Source: Eledone cirrhosa (Eukaryota). Taken from it: DNA of 64,000 nucleotides. Every line of letters begins with the position of its first letter. The first letter of the stretch is position 1. The position numbers were made by a program, and so were the translations under genes. Positions 1 to 15,000 of the stretch are shown in pieces. The DNA lies in NCBI GenBank assembly GCA_964016885.1, contig OZ024743.1:55676001-55740000 (forward strand). The letters are read 5' to 3'. The notes under the pieces are model-generated. The model did no database searches and was not told the DNA's origin. It saw only the letters and a program-made list of their open reading frames with translations.

Positions 1-3000
1 TGTTGTTTGTGTAGATGATGCTTTAGCTGAGTATGTCCTGGTGTTGTTGCTGTTGTTGTTTGTGTTGATGATGCTTTAGCTGAGTAAGTCCTGGTGTTGT
101 TGTTGTTGTTGTTGTTTGTGTTGATGATGCTTTAGCTGAGTATGTCCTGGTTTTGTTGCTGTTGTTGTTTGTGTTGATGATGCTTTAGCTGAGTATGTCC
201 TGGTGTTGTTGATGTTGTTGTTTGTGTTGATGATGCTTTAGCTGAGTAAGTCCTGGTGTTGTTGTTGTTGTTGTTGTTTGTGTTGATGATGCTTTAGCTG
301 AGTATGTCCTGGTTTTGTTGCTGTTGTTGTTTGTGTTCATGATGCTTTAGCTGAGTATGTCCTGGTGTTGTTGCTGTTGTTGATTGTGTTGATGATGCTT
401 TAGCTGTGTATGTCCTGGTGTTGTTACTGTTGTTGTTTGTGTTGATGATGCTTTAGCTGAGTATGTCCTGGTGTTGTTGTTGTTGTTGTTTGTGTTGAAG
501 ATGCTTTAGCTGAGTATGTCCTGGTGTTGTTGCTGTTGTTGATTGTGTTGATGATGCTTTAGCTGAGTATGTCCTGGTGTTGTTGCTGGTGTTGTTTGTG
601 TTGATGATGCCTTAGCTGAGTAAGTCCTGGTGTTGTTGCTGTTGTTGTTTGTGTTGATGATGCTTTAGCTGAGTATGTCCTGGTGTTGTTGCTGTTGTTG
701 TTTGTGTTGATGATGCTTTAGCTGAGTATGTCCTGGTGTTGTTGATGTTGTTGATTGTGTTGATGATGCTTTAGCTGAGTATGTCCTGGTCTTGTTGCTG
801 TTGTTGATTGTGTTGATGATGCTTTAGCTGAGTATGTCCTGGTGTTGTTGCTGTTGTTGTTTGTGTTGATGATGCTTTAGCTGAGTATGTCCTGGTGTTG
901 TTGCTGTTGTTGTTTGTGTTGATGATGCTTTAGCTGAGTATGTCCTGGTGTTGTTGATGTTGTTGATTGTGTTGATGATGCTTTAGCTGAGTATGTCCTG
1001 GTGTTGTTGCTGTTGTTGTTTGTGTTGATGATGCTTTAGCTGAGTATGTCCTGGTGTTGTTGCTGTTGTTGTTTGTGTTGATGATACTTTAGCTGAGTAT
1101 GTCCTGGTGTTGCTGTTGTTGTTTGTGTTGATGATGCTTTAGCTGAGTATGTCCTGGTGTTGTTGCTGTTGTTGTTTGTGTTGATGATGCTTTAGCTGAG
1201 TATGTCCTGGTTTTGTTGTTGTTGTTGTTTGTGTTGATGATGCTTTAGCTGAGTATGTCCTGGTGTTGTTGCTGTTGTTGTTTGTGTTGATGATGCTTTA
1301 GCTGAGTATGTCCTGGTGTTGTTGCTGTTGTTGTTTGTGTTGATGATGCTTTAGCTGAGTATGTCCTGGGGTTGTTGCTGTTGTTCTTTGTGTTGATGAT
1401 GCTTTAGCTGAGTATGTCCTGGTGTTGTTGCTGTTGTTGATTGTGTTGATGATGCTTTAGCTGAGTATGTCTTGGTGTTGTTGTTGTTGTTGTTTATGTT
1501 GATGATGCTTTATCTGAGTATGTCCTGGTGTTGTTGATGTTGTTGTTTGTGTTGATGATGCTTTAGCTGAGTAAGTCCTGGTGTTGTTGTTGTTGTTGTT
1601 GTTTGTGTTGATGATGCTTTAGCTGAGTATGTGCTGGTGTTGTTGCTGTTGTTGTTTGTGTTGATGATGCTTTAGCTGAGTATGTCCTGGTGTTGTTGCT
1701 GTTGTTGATTGTGTTGATGATGCTTTAGCTGAGTATGTCCTGGTGTTGTTACTGTTGTTGTTTGTGTTGATGATGCTTTAGCTGAGTATGTCCTGGTGTT
1801 GTTGTAGTTGTTGTTTGTGTTGAAGATGCTTTAGCTGAGTATGTCCTGGTGTTGTTGTTGTTGTTGTTTGTGTTGATGATGCTTTAGCTGAGTATGTCCT
1901 GGTGTTGTTGCTGTTGTTGTTTGTGTTGATGATGCTTTAGCTGAGTATGTCCTGGTGTTGTTGCTGTTGTTGTTTGTGTTGATGATGCTTTAGCTGAGTA
2001 TGTCCTGGTGTTGTTGCTGTTGTTGTTTGTGTTGATGATGCTTTAGCTGAGTATGTCCTGGTGTTGTTGCTGTTGTTGTTTGTGTTGATGATGCTTTAGC
2101 TGAGTATGTCCTGGTGTTGTTGTTGTTGTTGTTTGTGTTGATGATGCTTTAGCTGAGTATGTCCTGGTGTTGTTACTGTTGTTGTTTGTGTTGATGATGC
2201 TTTAGCTGAGTATGTCCTGGGGTTGTTGCTGTTGTTCTTTGTGTTGATGATGCTTTAGCTGAGTATGTCCTGGTGTTGTTGCTGTTGTTGTTTGTGTTGA
2301 TGATGGTTTAGCTGAGTATGTCCCGATGTTGTTGTTGTTTGTGTTGATGATGCTTTAGCTGAGTATGTCCTGGTGTTGTTGCTGTTGTTGATTGTGTTGA
2401 TGATGCTTTAGCTGAGTATGTCTTGGTGTTGTTGTTGTTGTTGTTTATGTTGATGATGCTTTATCTGAGTATGTCCTGGTGTTGTTGATGTTGTTGTTTG
2501 TGTTGATGATGCTTTAGCTGAGTAAGTCCTGGTGTTGTTGTTGTTGTTGTTGTTTGTGTTGATGATGCTTTAGCTGAGTATGTCCTGGTGTTGTTGCTGT
2601 TGTTGTTTGTGTTGATGATGCTTTAGCTGAGTATGTCCTGGTGTTGTTGCTGTTGTTGATTGTGTTGATGATGCTTTAGCTGACTATGTCCTGGTGTTGT
2701 TACTGTTGTTGTTTGTGTTGATGATGCTTTAGCTGAGTATGTCCTGGTGTTGTTGTTGTTGTTGTTTGTGTTGAAGATGCTTTAGCTGAGTATGTCCTGG
2801 TGTTGTTGCTGTTGTTGTTTGTGTTGATGATGCTTTAACTGAGTATGTCCTGGTGTTGTTGCTGTTGTTGTTTGTGTTGATGATGCTTTAGCTGAGTATG
2901 TCCTGGTGTTGTTGCTGTTGTTGATTGTGTTGATGATGCTTTAGCTGAGTATGTCCTGGTGTTGTTGCTGTTGTTGTTTGTGTTGATGATGCTTTAGCTG

Positions 3001-6000
3001 AGTATGTCCTGGTGTTGTTGCTGTTGTTGTTTGTGTTGATGATGCTTTAGCTGAGTATGTCCTGGTGTTGTTGCTGTTGTTGTTTGTGTTGATGATGCTT
3101 TAGCTGAGTATGTCCTGGTGTTGTTGCTGTTTTTGTTTGTGTTGATGATGCTTTAGCTGAGTATGTCCTGGTGTTGTTGCTGTTGTTGTTTGTGTTGATG
3201 ATGCTTTAGCTGAGTATGTCCTGGTGTTGTTGCTGTTGTTGTTTGTGTTGATGATGCTTTAGCTGAGTATGTCCTGGTGTTGTTGCTGTTGTTGTTTGTG
3301 TTGATGATGCTTTAGCTGAGTATGTCCTGGTGTTGTTGCTGTTGTTGTTTGTGTTGATGATGCTTTAGCTGAGTATGTCCTGGTGTTGTTGCTGTTGTTG
3401 TTTGTGTTGATGATGCTTTAGCTGAGTATGTCCTGGTGTTGTTGCTGTTGTTGTTTGTGTTGATGATGCTTTAGCTGAGTATGTCCTGGTGTTGTTGCTG
3501 TTGTTGTTTGTGTTGATGATGCTTTAGCTGAGTATGTCCTGGTGTTGTTGCTGTTGTTGTTTGTGTTGATGATGCTTTAAGTGAGTATGTCCTGGTGTTG
3601 TTGCTGTTGTTGTTTGTGTTGATGATGCTTTAGCTGAGTATGACCTGGTGTTGTTGTTGTTGTTGTTTGTGTTGAAGATGCTTTAGCTGAGGATGTCCTG
3701 GTGTTGTTGCTGGTGTTGTTTGTGTTGATGATGCTTTAGCTGAGTATGTCCTGGTCTTGTTGATGTTGTTGATTGTGTTGATGATGCTTTAGCTGTGTAT
3801 GTCCTGGTGTTGTTGCTGTTGTTGTTTGTGTTGATGATGCTTTAGCTGAGTATGTCCTGGTGTTGTTGCTGTTGTTGTTTGTGTTGATGATGCTTTAGCT
3901 GAGTATGTCCTGGTGTTGTTGTTGATGTTGTTGTTTGTGTTGATGATGCTTTAGCTGAGTATGTCCTGGTGTTGTTGCTGTTGTTGTTTGTGTTGATGAT
4001 GCTTTAGCTGAATATGTCCTGGTGTTGTTGCTGTTGTTGATTGTGTTGATTGTGTTGATGATGCTTTAGCTGAGTATGTCCTGGTGTTGTTGCTGTTGTT
4101 GTTTGTGTTGATGATGCTTTAGCTGAGTATGTCCTGTTGTTGTTGTTGATGTTGTTGTTTGTGTTGATGATGCTTTAGCTGAGTATGTCCTGGTGTTGTT
4201 GCTGTTGTTGTTTGTGTTGATGATGCTTTAGCTGAGTATGTCCTGGAGTTGTTGCTGTTGTTGTTTGTGTTGATGATGCTTTAGCTGAGTATGTCCTGGT
4301 GTTGTTGCTGTTGTTGTTTGTGTTGATGATGCTTTAGCTGAGTATGTCCTGGTGTTGTTGCTGTTGTTGTTTGTGTTGATGATGCTTTAGCTGAGTATGT
4401 CCTGGTGTTGTTGATGTTGTTGATTGTGTTGATGATGCTTTAGCTGAGTATGTCCTGGTGTTGTTCTGTTGTTGTTTGTGTTGATGATGCTTTAGCTGAG
4501 TATGTGGTGGTGTTGTTGTTGTTGTTTGTGTAGATGATGCTTTAGCTGAGTATGTCCTGGTGTTGTTGCTGTTGTTGTTTGTGTTGATGATGCTTTAGCT
4601 GAGTAAGTCCTGGTGTTGTTGTTGTTGTTGTTGTTTGTGTTGATGATGCTTTAGCTGAGTATGTCCTGGTTTTGTTGCTGTTGTTGTTTGTGTTGATGAT
4701 GCTTTAGCTGAGTATGTCCTGGTGTTGTTGATGTTGTTGTTTGTGTTGATGATGCTTTAGCTGAGTAAGTCCTGGTGTTGTTGTTGTTGTTGTTGTTTGT
4801 GTTGATGATGCTTTAGCTGAGTATGTCCTGGTTTTGTTGCTGTTGTTGTTTGTGTTCATGATGCTTTAGCTGAGTATGTCCTGGTGTTGTTGCTGTTGTT
4901 GATTGTGTTGATGATGCTTTAGCTGTGTATGTCCTGGTGTTGTTACTGTTGTTGTTTGTGTTGATGATGCTTTAGCTGAGTATGTCCTGGTGTTGTTGTT
5001 GTTGTTGTTTGTGTTGAAGATGCTTTAGCTGAGTATGTCCTGGTGTTGTTGCTGTTGTTGATTGTGTTGATGATGCTTTAGCTGAGTATGTCCTGGTGTT
5101 GTTGCTGGTGTTGTTTGTGTTGATGATGCCTTAGCTGAGTAAGTCCTGGTGTTGTTGCTGTTGTTGTTTGTGTTGATGATGCTTTAGCTGAGTATGTCCT
5201 GGTGTTGTTGCTGTTGTTGTTTGTGTTGATGATGCTTTAGCTGAGTATGTCCTGGTGTTGTTGATGTTGTTGATTGTGTTGATGATGCTTTAGCTGAGTA
5301 TGTCCTGGTCTTGTTGCTGTTGTTGATTGTGTTGATGATGCTTTAGCTGAGTATGTCCTGGTGTTGTTGCTGTTGTTGTTTGTGTTGATGATGCTTTAGC
5401 TGAGTATGTCCTGGTGTTGTTGCTGTTGTTGTTTGTGTTGATGATGCTTTAGCTGAGTATGTCCTGGTGTTGTTGATGTTGTTGATTGTGTTGATGATGC
5501 TTTAGCTGAGTATGTCCTGGTGTTGTTGCTGTTGTTGTTTGTGTTGATGATGCTTTAGCTGAGTATGTCCTGGTGTTGTTGCTGTTGTTGTTTGTGTTGA
5601 TGATACTTTAGCTGAGTATGTCCTGGTGTTGCTGTTGTTGTTTGTGTTGATGATGCTTTAGCTGAGTATGTCCTGGTGTTGTTGCTGTTGTTGTTTGTGT
5701 TGATGATGCTTTAGCTGAGTATGTCCTGGTTTTGTTGTTGTTGTTGTTTGTGTTGATGATGCTTTAGCTGAGTATGTCCTGGTGTTGTTGCTGTTGTTGT
5801 TTGTGTTGATGATGCTTTAGCTGAGTATGTCCTGGTGTTGTTGCTGTTGTTGTTTGTGTTGATGATGCTTTAGCTGAGTATGTCCTGGGGTTGTTGCTGT
5901 TGTTCTTTGTGTTGATGATGCTTTAGCTGAGTATGTCCTGGTGTTGTTGCTGTTGTTGATTGTGTTGATGATGCTTTAGCTGAGTATGTCTTGGTGTTGT

Positions 6001-9000
6001 TGTTGTTGTTGTTTATGTTGATGATGCTTTATCTGAGTATGTCCTGGTGTTGTTGATGTTGTTGTTTGTGTTGATGATGCTTTAGCTGAGTAAGTCCTGG
6101 TGTTGTTGTTGTTGTTGTTGTTTGTGTTGATGATGCTTTAGCTGAGTATGTGCTGGTGTTGTTGCTGTTGTTGTTTGTGTTGATGATGCTTTAGCTGAGT
6201 ATGTCCTGGTGTTGTTGCTGTTGTTGATTGTGTTGATGATGCTTTAGCTGAGTATGTCCTGGTGTTGTTACTGTTGTTGTTTGTGTTGATGATGCTTTAG
6301 CTGAGTATGTCCTGGTGTTGTTGTAGTTGTTGTTTGTGTTGAAGATGCTTTAGCTGAGTATGTCCTGGTGTTGTTGTTGTTGTTGTTTGTGTTGATGATG
6401 CTTTAGCTGAGTATGTCCTGGTGTTGTTGCTGTTGTTGTTTGTGTTGATGATGCTTTAGCTGAGTATGTCCTGGTGTTGTTGCTGTTGTTGTTTGTGTTG
6501 ATGATGCTTTAGCTGAGTATGTCCTGGTGTTGTTGCTGTTGTTGTTTGTGTTGATGATGCTTTAGCTGAGTATGTCCTGGTGTTGTTGCTGTTGTTGTTT
6601 GTGTTGATGATGCTTTAGCTGAGTATGTCCTGGTGTTGTTGTTGTTGTTGTTTGTGTTGATGATGCTTTAGCTGAGTATGTCCTGGTGTTGTTACTGTTG
6701 TTGTTTGTGTTGATGATGCTTTAGCTGAGTATGTCCTGGGGTTGTTGCTGTTGTTCTTTGTGTTGATGATGCTTTAGCTGAGTATGTCCTTGTGTTGTTG
6801 CTGTTGTTGTTTGTGTTGATGATGCTTTAGCTGAGTATGTCCTGGTGTTGTTGCTGTTGTTGATTGTGTTGATGATGCTTTAGCTGAGTATGTCTTGGTG
6901 TTGTTGTTGTTGTTGTTTATGTTGATGATGCTTTATCTGAGTATGTCCTGGTGTTGTTGATGTTGTTGTTTGTGTTGATGATGCTTTAGCTGAGTAAGTC
7001 CTGGTTTTGTTGTTGTTGTTGTTGTTTGTGTTGATGATGCTTTAGCTGAGTATGTCCTGGTGTTGTTGCTGTTGTTGTTTGTGTTGATGATGCTTTAGCT
7101 GAGTATGTCCTGGTGTTGTTGCTGTTGTTGATTGTGTTGATGATGCTTTAGCTGAGTATGTCCTGGTGTTGTTGCTGTTGTTGTTTGTGTTGATGATGCT
7201 TTAGCTGAGTATGTCCTGGTGTTGTTGTTGTTGTTGTTTGTGTTGAAGATGCTTTAGCTGAGTATGTCCTGGTGTTGTTGTTGTTGTTGTTTGTGTTGAT
7301 GATGCTTTAGCTGAGTATGTCCTGGTGTTGTTGCTGTTGTTGTTTGTGTTGATGATGCTTTAGCTGAGTATGTCCTGGTGTTGTTGCTGTTGTTGATTGT
7401 GTTGATGATGCTTTAGCTGAGTATGTCCTGGTGTTGTTGCTGTTGTTGTTTGTGTTGATGATGCTTTAGCTGAGTATGTCCTGGTGTTGTTGCTGTTGTT
7501 GTTTGTGTTGATGATGCTTTAGCTGAGTATGTCCTGGTGTTGTTGCTGTTGTTGATTGTGTTGATGATGCTTTAGCTGAGTATGTCCTGGTGTTGTTGCT
7601 GTTGTTGTTTGTGTTGATGATGCTTTAGCTGAGTATGTCCTGGTGTTGTTGCTGTTGTTGTTTGTGTTGATGATGCTTTAGCTGAGTATGTCCTGGTGTT
7701 GTTGCTGTTGTTGTTTGTGTTGATGATGCTTTAACTGAGTATGTCCTGGTGTTGTTGCTGTTGTTGTTTGTGTTGATGATGCTTTAGCTGAGTATGTCCT
7801 GGTGTTGTTGTTGTTGTTGTTTGTGTTGAAGATGCTTTAGCTGAGTATGTCCTGGTGTTGTTGCTGGTGTTGTTTGTGTTGATGATGCTTTAGCTGAGTA
7901 TGTCCTGGTCTTGTTGATGTTGTTGATTGTGTTGATGATGCTTTAGCTGTGTATGTCCTGGTGTTGTTGCTGTTGATGTTTGTGTTGATGATGCTTTAGC
8001 TGAGTATGTCCTGGTGTTGTTGCTGTTGTTGATTGTGTTGATGATGCTTTAGCTGAGTATGTCCTGGTGTTGTTGCTGTTGTTGATTGTGTTGATGATGC
8101 TTTAGCTGAGTATGTCCTGGTGTTGTTGCTGTTGTTGTTTGTGTTGATGATGCTTTAGCTGAGTATGTCCTGGTGTTGTTGATGTTGTTGATTGTGTTGA
8201 TGATGCTTTAGATGTGTATGTCCTGGTGTTGTTGTTGTTGTTGTTGTTTGTGTTGATGATGCTTTAGCTGAGTATGTCCTGGTGTTGTTGCTGTTGTTGT
8301 TTGTGTTGATGATGCTTTAGCTGAGTATGTCCTGGTGTTGTTGCTGTTGTTGATTGTGTTGATGATGCTTTAGCTGAGTATGTCCTGGTGTTGTTACTGT
8401 TGTTGTTTGTGTTGATGATGCTTTAGCTGAGTATGTCCTGGTGTTGTTGTTGTTGTTGTTTGTGTTGAAGATGCTTTAGCTGAGTATGTCCTGGTGTTGT
8501 TGTTGTTGTTGTTTGTGTTGATGATGCTTTAGCTGAGTATGTCCTGGTGTTGTTGCTGTTGTTGTTTGTGTTGATGATGCTTTAGCTGAGTATGTCCTGG
8601 TGTTGTTGCTGTTGTTGTTTGTGTTGATGATGCTTTAGCTGAGTATGTCCTGGTGTTGTTGCTGTTGTTGTTTGTGTTGATGATGCTTTAGCTGAGTATG
8701 TCCTGATGTTGTTGCTGTTGTTGTTTGTGTTGATGATGCTTTAGCTGAGTATGTCCTGGTGTTGTTGTTGTTGTTGTTTGTGTTGATGATGCTTTAGCTG
8801 AGTATGTCCTGGTGTTGTTACTGTTGTTGTTTGTGTTGATGATGCTTTAGCTGAGTATGTCCTGGGGTTGTTGCTGTTGTTCTTTGTGTTGATGATGCTT
8901 TAGGTGAGTATGTCCTGGTGTTGTTGCTGTTGTTGTTTGTGTTGATGATGCTTTAGCTGAGTATGTCCCGATGTTGTTGCTGTTGTTGTTTGTGTTGATG

Positions 9001-12000
9001 ATGCTTTAGCTGAGTATGTCCTGGTGTTGTTGCTGTTGTTGTTTGTGTTGATGATGCTTTAGCTGAGTATGTCCCGATGTTGTTGCTGTTGTTGTTTGTG
9101 TTGATGATGCTTTAGCTGAGTATGTCCTGGTGTTGTTGCTGTTGTTGTTTGTGTTGATGATGCTTTAGCTGAGTATGACCTGGTGTTGTTGTTGTTGTTG
9201 TTTGTGTTGATGATGCTTTAGCTGAGTATGTCCTGGTGTTGTTGCTGTTGTTGATTGTGTTGATGATGCTTTACCTGAGTATGTCCTGGTGTTGTTACTG
9301 TTGTTGTTTGTGTTGATGATGCTTTAGCTGAGTATGTCCTGGTGTTGTTGTTGTTGTTGTTTGTGTTGAAGATGCTTTAGCTGAGTATGTCCTGGTGTTG
9401 TTGTTGTTGTTGTTTGTGTTGATGATGCTTTAGCTGAGTATGTCCTGGTGTTGTTGCTGTTGTTGTTTGTGTTGATGATGCTTTAGCTGAGTATGTCCTG
9501 GTGTTGTTGCTGTTGTTGATTGTGTTGATGATGCTTTAGCTGAGTATGTCCTGGTGTTGTTGCTGTTGTTGTTTGTGTTGATGATGCTTTAGCTGAGTAT
9601 GACCTGGTGTTGTTGTTGTTGTTGTTTGTGTTGAAGATGCTTTAGCTGAGTATGTCCTGGTGTTGTTGCTGGTGTTGTTTGTGTTGATGATGCTTTAGCT
9701 GAGTATGTCCTGGTGTTGTTGCTGTTGTTGATTGTGTTGATGATGCTTTACCTGAGTATGTCCTGGTGTTGTTACTGTTGTTGTTTGTGTTGATGATGCT
9801 TTAGCTGAGTATGTCCTGGTGTTGTTGTTGTTGTTGTTTGTGTTGATGATGCTTTAGCTGAGTATGTCCTGGTCTTGTTGATGTTGTTGATTGTGTTGAT
9901 GATGCTTTAGCTGTGTATGTCCTGGTGTTGTTGCTGTTGTTGTTTGTGTTGATGATGCTTTAGCTGAGTATGTCCTGGTGTTGTTGCTGTTGTTGTTTGT
10001 GTTGATGATGCTTTAGCTGAGTATGTCCTGGTGTTGTTGTTGATGTTGTTGTTTGTGTTGATGATGCTTTAGCTGAGTATGTCCTGGTGTTGTTGCTGTT
10101 GTTGTTTGTGTTGATGATGCTTTAGCTGAATATGTCCTGGTGTTGTTGCTGTTGTTGATTGTGTTGATTGTGTTGATGATGCTTTAGCTGAGTATGTCCT
10201 GGTGTTGTTGCTGTTGTTGTTTGTGTTGATGATGCTTTAGCTGAGTATGTCCTGTTGTTGTTGTTGATGTTGTTGTTTGTGTTGATGATGCTTTAGCTGA
10301 GTATGTCCTGGTGTTGTTGCTGTTGTTGTTTGTGTTGATGATGCTTTAGCTGAGTATGTCCTGGAGTTGTTGCTGTTGTTGTTTGTGTTGATGATGCTTT
10401 AGCTGAGTATGTCCTGGTGTTGTTACTGTTGTTGTTTGTGTTGATGATGCTTTAGCTGAGTATGTCCTGGTGTTGTTGTTGTTGTTGTTTGTGTTGATGA
10501 TGCTTTAGCTGAGTATGTCCTGGTGTTGTTACTGTTGTTGTTTGTGTTGATGATGCTTTAGCTGAGTATGTCCTGGGGTTGTTGCTGTTGTTCTTTGTGT
10601 TGATGATGCTTTAGCTGAGTATGTCCTGGTGTTGTTGCTGTTGTTGTTTGTGTTGATGATGCTTTAGCTGAGTATGTCCCGATGTTGTTGTTGTTTGTGT
10701 TGGTGATGCTTTAGCTGAGTATGTCCTGGTGTTGTTGCTGTTGTTGATTGTGTTGATGATGCTTTAGCTGAGTATGTCCTGGTGTTGTTGCTGTTGTTGT
10801 TTGTGTTGATGATGCTTTAGCTGAGTATGTCCTGGTGTTGTTGTTGTTGTTGTTTGTGTTGAAGATGCTTTAGCTGAGTATGTCCTGGTGTTGTTGTTGT
10901 TGTTGTTTGTGTTGATGATGCTTTAGCTGAGTATGTCCTGGTGTTGTTGCTGTTGTTGTTTGTGTTGATGATGCTTTAGCTGAGTATGTCCTGGTGTTGT
11001 TGCTGTTGTTGATTGTGTTGATGATGCTTTAGCTGAGTATGTCCTGGTGTTGTTGCTGTTGTTGTTTGTGTTGATGATGCTTTAGCTGAGTATGTCCTGG
11101 TGTTGTTGCTGTTGTTGTTTGTGTTGATGATGCTTTAGCTGAGCATGTCCTGGTGTTGTTGCTGGTGTTGTTTGTGTTGATGATGCTTTAGCTGAGTATG
11201 TCCTGGTCTTGTTGATGTTGTTGATTGTGTTGATGATGCTTTAGCTGTGTATGTCCTGGTGTTGTTGCTGTTGTTGTTTGTGTTGATGATGCTTTAGCTG
11301 AGTATGTCCTGGTGTTGTTGCTGTTGTTGATTGTGTTGATGATGCTTTAGCTGAGTATGTCCTGGTGGTGTTGCTGTTGTTGTTTGTGTTGATGATGCTT
11401 TAGCTGAGTATGTCCTGGTGTTGTTGCTGTTGTTGTTTGTGTTGATGATGCTTTAGCTGAGTATGTCCTGGTGTTGTTGCTGTTGTTGTTTGTGTTGATG
11501 ATGCTTTAACTGAGTATGTCCTGGTGTTGTTGCTGTTGTTGTTTGTGTTGATGATGCTTTAGCTGAGTATGTCCTGGTGTTGTTGTTGTTGTTGTTTGTG
11601 TTGAAGATGCTTTAGCTGAGTATGTCCTGGTGTTGTTGCTGGTGTTGTTTGTGTTGATGATGCTTTAGCTGAGTAAGTCCTGGTGTTGTTGTTGTTGTTG
11701 TTTGTGTTGATGATGCTTTAGCTGAGTATGTCCTGGTGTTGTTGCTGTTGTTGATTGTGTTGATGATGCTTTAGCTGTGTATGTCCTGGTGTTGTTGCTG
11801 TTGTTGTTTGTGTTGATGATGCTTTAGCTGAGTATGTCCTGGTCTTGTTGATGTTGTTGATTGTGTTGATGATGCTTTAGCTGTGTATGTCCTGGTGTTG
11901 TTGCTGTTGTTGTTTGTGTTGATGATGCTTTAGCTGAGTATGTCCTGGTGTTGTTGCTGTTGTTGATTGTGTTGATGATGCTTTAGCTGAGTATGTCCTG

Positions 12001-15000
12001 GTGTTGTTGCTGTTGTTGATTGTGTTGATGATGCTTTAGCTGAGTATGTCCTGGTGTTGTTGCTGTTGTTGATTGTGTTGATGATGCTTTAGCTGAGTAT
12101 GTCCTGGTGTTGTTGCTGTTGTTGTTTGTGTTGATGATGCTTTAGCTGAGTATGTCCTGGTCTTGTTGATGTTGTTGATTGTGTTGATGATGCTTTAGCT
12201 GTGTATGTCCTGGTGTTGTTGCTGTTGTTGTTTGTGTTGATGATGCTTTAGCTGAGTATGTCCTGGTGTTGTTGCTGTTGTTGATTGTGTTGATGATGCT
12301 TTAGCTGAGTATGTCCTGGTGTTGTTGCTGTTGTTGATTGTGTTGATGATGCTTTAGCTGAGTATGTCCTGGTGTTATTGCTGTTGTTGATTGTGTTGAT
12401 GATGCTTTAGCTGAGTATGTCCTGGTGTTGTTGCTGTTGTTGTTTGTGTTGATGATGCTTTAGCTGAGTATGTCCTGGTCTTGTTGATGTTGTTGATTGT
12501 GTTGATGATGCTTTAGCTGTGTATGTCCTGGTGTTGTTGCTGTTGTTGTTTGTGTTGATGATGCTTTAGCTGAGTATGTCCTGGTGTTGTTGCTGTTGTT
12601 GATTGTGTTGATGATGCTTTAGCTGAGTATGTCCTGGTGTTGTTGCTGTTGTTGTTTGTGTTGATGATGCTTTAGCTGAGTATGTCCTGGTCTTGTTGAT
12701 GTTGTTGATTGTGTTGATGATGCTTTAGATGTGTATGTCCTGGTGTTGTTGTTGTTGTTGTTGTTTGTGTTGATGATGCTTTAGCTGAGTATGTCCTGGT
12801 GTTGTTGCTGTTGTTGTTTGTGTTGATGATGCTTTAGCTGAGTATGTCCTGGTGTTGTTGCTGTTGTTGATTGTGTTGATGATGGTTTAGCTGAGTATGT
12901 CCTGGTGTTGTTACTGTTGTTGTATGTGTTGATGATGCTTTAGCTGAGTATGTCCTGGTGTTGTTGTTGTTGTTGTTTGTGTTGAAGATGCTTTAGCTGA
13001 GTATGTCCTGGTGTTGTTGTTGTTGTTGTTTGTGTTGATGATGCTTTAGCTGAGTATGTCCTGGTGTTGTTGTTGATGTTGTTTGTGTTGATGATGCTTT
13101 AGCTGAGTATGTCCTGGTGTTGTTGCTGTTGTTGTTTGTGTTGATGATGCTTTAGCTGAGTATGTCCTGGTGTTGTTGCTGTTGTTGTTTGTGTTGATGA
13201 TGCTTTAGCTGAGTATGTCCTGGTGTTGTTGCTGTTGTTGTTTGTGTTGATGATGCTTTAGCTGAGTATGTCCTGGTGTTGTTGCTGTTGTTGTTTGTGT
13301 TGATGATGCTTTAGCTGAGTATGTCCTGGTGTTGTTGCTGTTGTTGTTTGTGTTGATGATGCTTTAGCTGAGTATGTCCTGGTGTTGTTGCTGTTGTTGT
13401 TTGTGTTGATGATGCTTTAGCTGAGTATGTCCTGGTGTTGTTGTTGTTGTTGTTTGTGTTGATGATGCTTTAGCTGAGTATGTCCTGGTGTTGTTACTGT
13501 TGTTGTTTGTGTTGATGATGCTTTAGCTGAGTATGTCCTGGGGTTGTTGCTGTTGTTCTTTGTGTTGATGATGCTTTAGCTGAGTATGTCCTGGTGTTGT
13601 TGCTGTTGTTGTTTGTGTTGATGATGCTTTAGCTGAGTATGTCCCGATGTTGTTGTTGTTTGTGTTGATGATGCTTTAGCTGAGTATGTCCTGGTGTTGT
13701 TGCTGTTGTTGATTGTGTTGATGATGCTTTAGCTGAGTATGTCTTGGTGTTGTTGTTGTTGTTGTTTATGTTGATGATGCTTTATCTGAGTATGTCCTGG
13801 TGTTGTTGATGTTGTTGTTTGTGTTGATGATGCTTTAGCTGAGTAAGTCCTGGTGTTGTTGTTGTTGTTGTTGTTTGTGTTGATGATGCTTTAGCTGAGT
13901 ATGTCCTGGTGTTGTTGCTGTTGTTGTTTGTGTTGATGATGCTTTAGCTGAGTATGTCCTGGTGTTGTTGCTGTTGTTGATTGTGTTGATGATGCTTTAC
14001 CTGAGTATGTCCTGGTGTTGTTACTGTTGTTGTTTGTGTTGATGATGCTTTAGCTGAGTATGTCCTGGTGTTGTTGTTGTTGTTGTTTGTGTTGAAGATG
14101 CTTTAGCTGAGTATGTCCTGGTGTTGTTGTTGTTGTTGTTTGTGTTGATGATGCTTTAGCTGAGTATGTCCTGGTGTTGTTGCTGTTGTTGTTTGTGTTG
14201 ATGATGCTTTAGCTGAGTATGTCCTGGTGTTGTTGCTGTTGTTGATTGTGTTGATGATGCTTTAGCTGAGTATGTCCTGGTGTTGTTGCTGTTGTTGTTT
14301 GTGTTGATGATGCTTTAGCTGAGTATGTCCTGGTTTTGTTGCTGTTGTTGTTTGTGTTGATGATGCTTTAGCTGACTATGTCCTGGTGTTGTTGCTGTTG
14401 TTGTTTGTGTTGATGAAGCTTTAACTGAGTATGTCCTGGTGTTGTTGCTGTTGTTGTTTGTGTTGATGATGCTTTAGCTGAGTATGACCTGGTGTTGTTG
14501 TTGTTGTTGTTTGTGTTGAAGATGCTTTAGCTGAGTATGTCCTGGTGTTGTTGCTGGTGTTGTTTGTGTTGATGATGCTTTAGCTGAGTATGTCCTGGTC
14601 TTGTTGATGTTGTTGATTGTGTTGATGATCCTTTAGCTGTGTATGTCCTGGTGTTGTTGCTGTTGTTGTTTGTGTTGATGATGCTTTAGCTGAGTATGTC
14701 CTGGTGTTGTTGCTGTTGTTGTTTGTGTTGATGATGCTTTAGCTGAGTATGTCCTGGTGTTGTTGTTGATGTTGTTGTTTGTGTTGATGATGCTTTAGCT
14801 GAGTATGTCCTGGTGTTGTTGCTGTTGTTGTTTGTGTTGATGATGCTTTAGCTGAATATGTCCTGGTGTTGTTGCTGTTGTTGATTGTGTTGATTGTGTT
14901 GATGATGCTTTAGCTGAGTATGTCCTGGTGTTGTTGCTGTTGTTGTTTGTGTTGATGATGCTTTAACTGAGTATGTCCTGTTGTTGTTGTTGATGTTGTT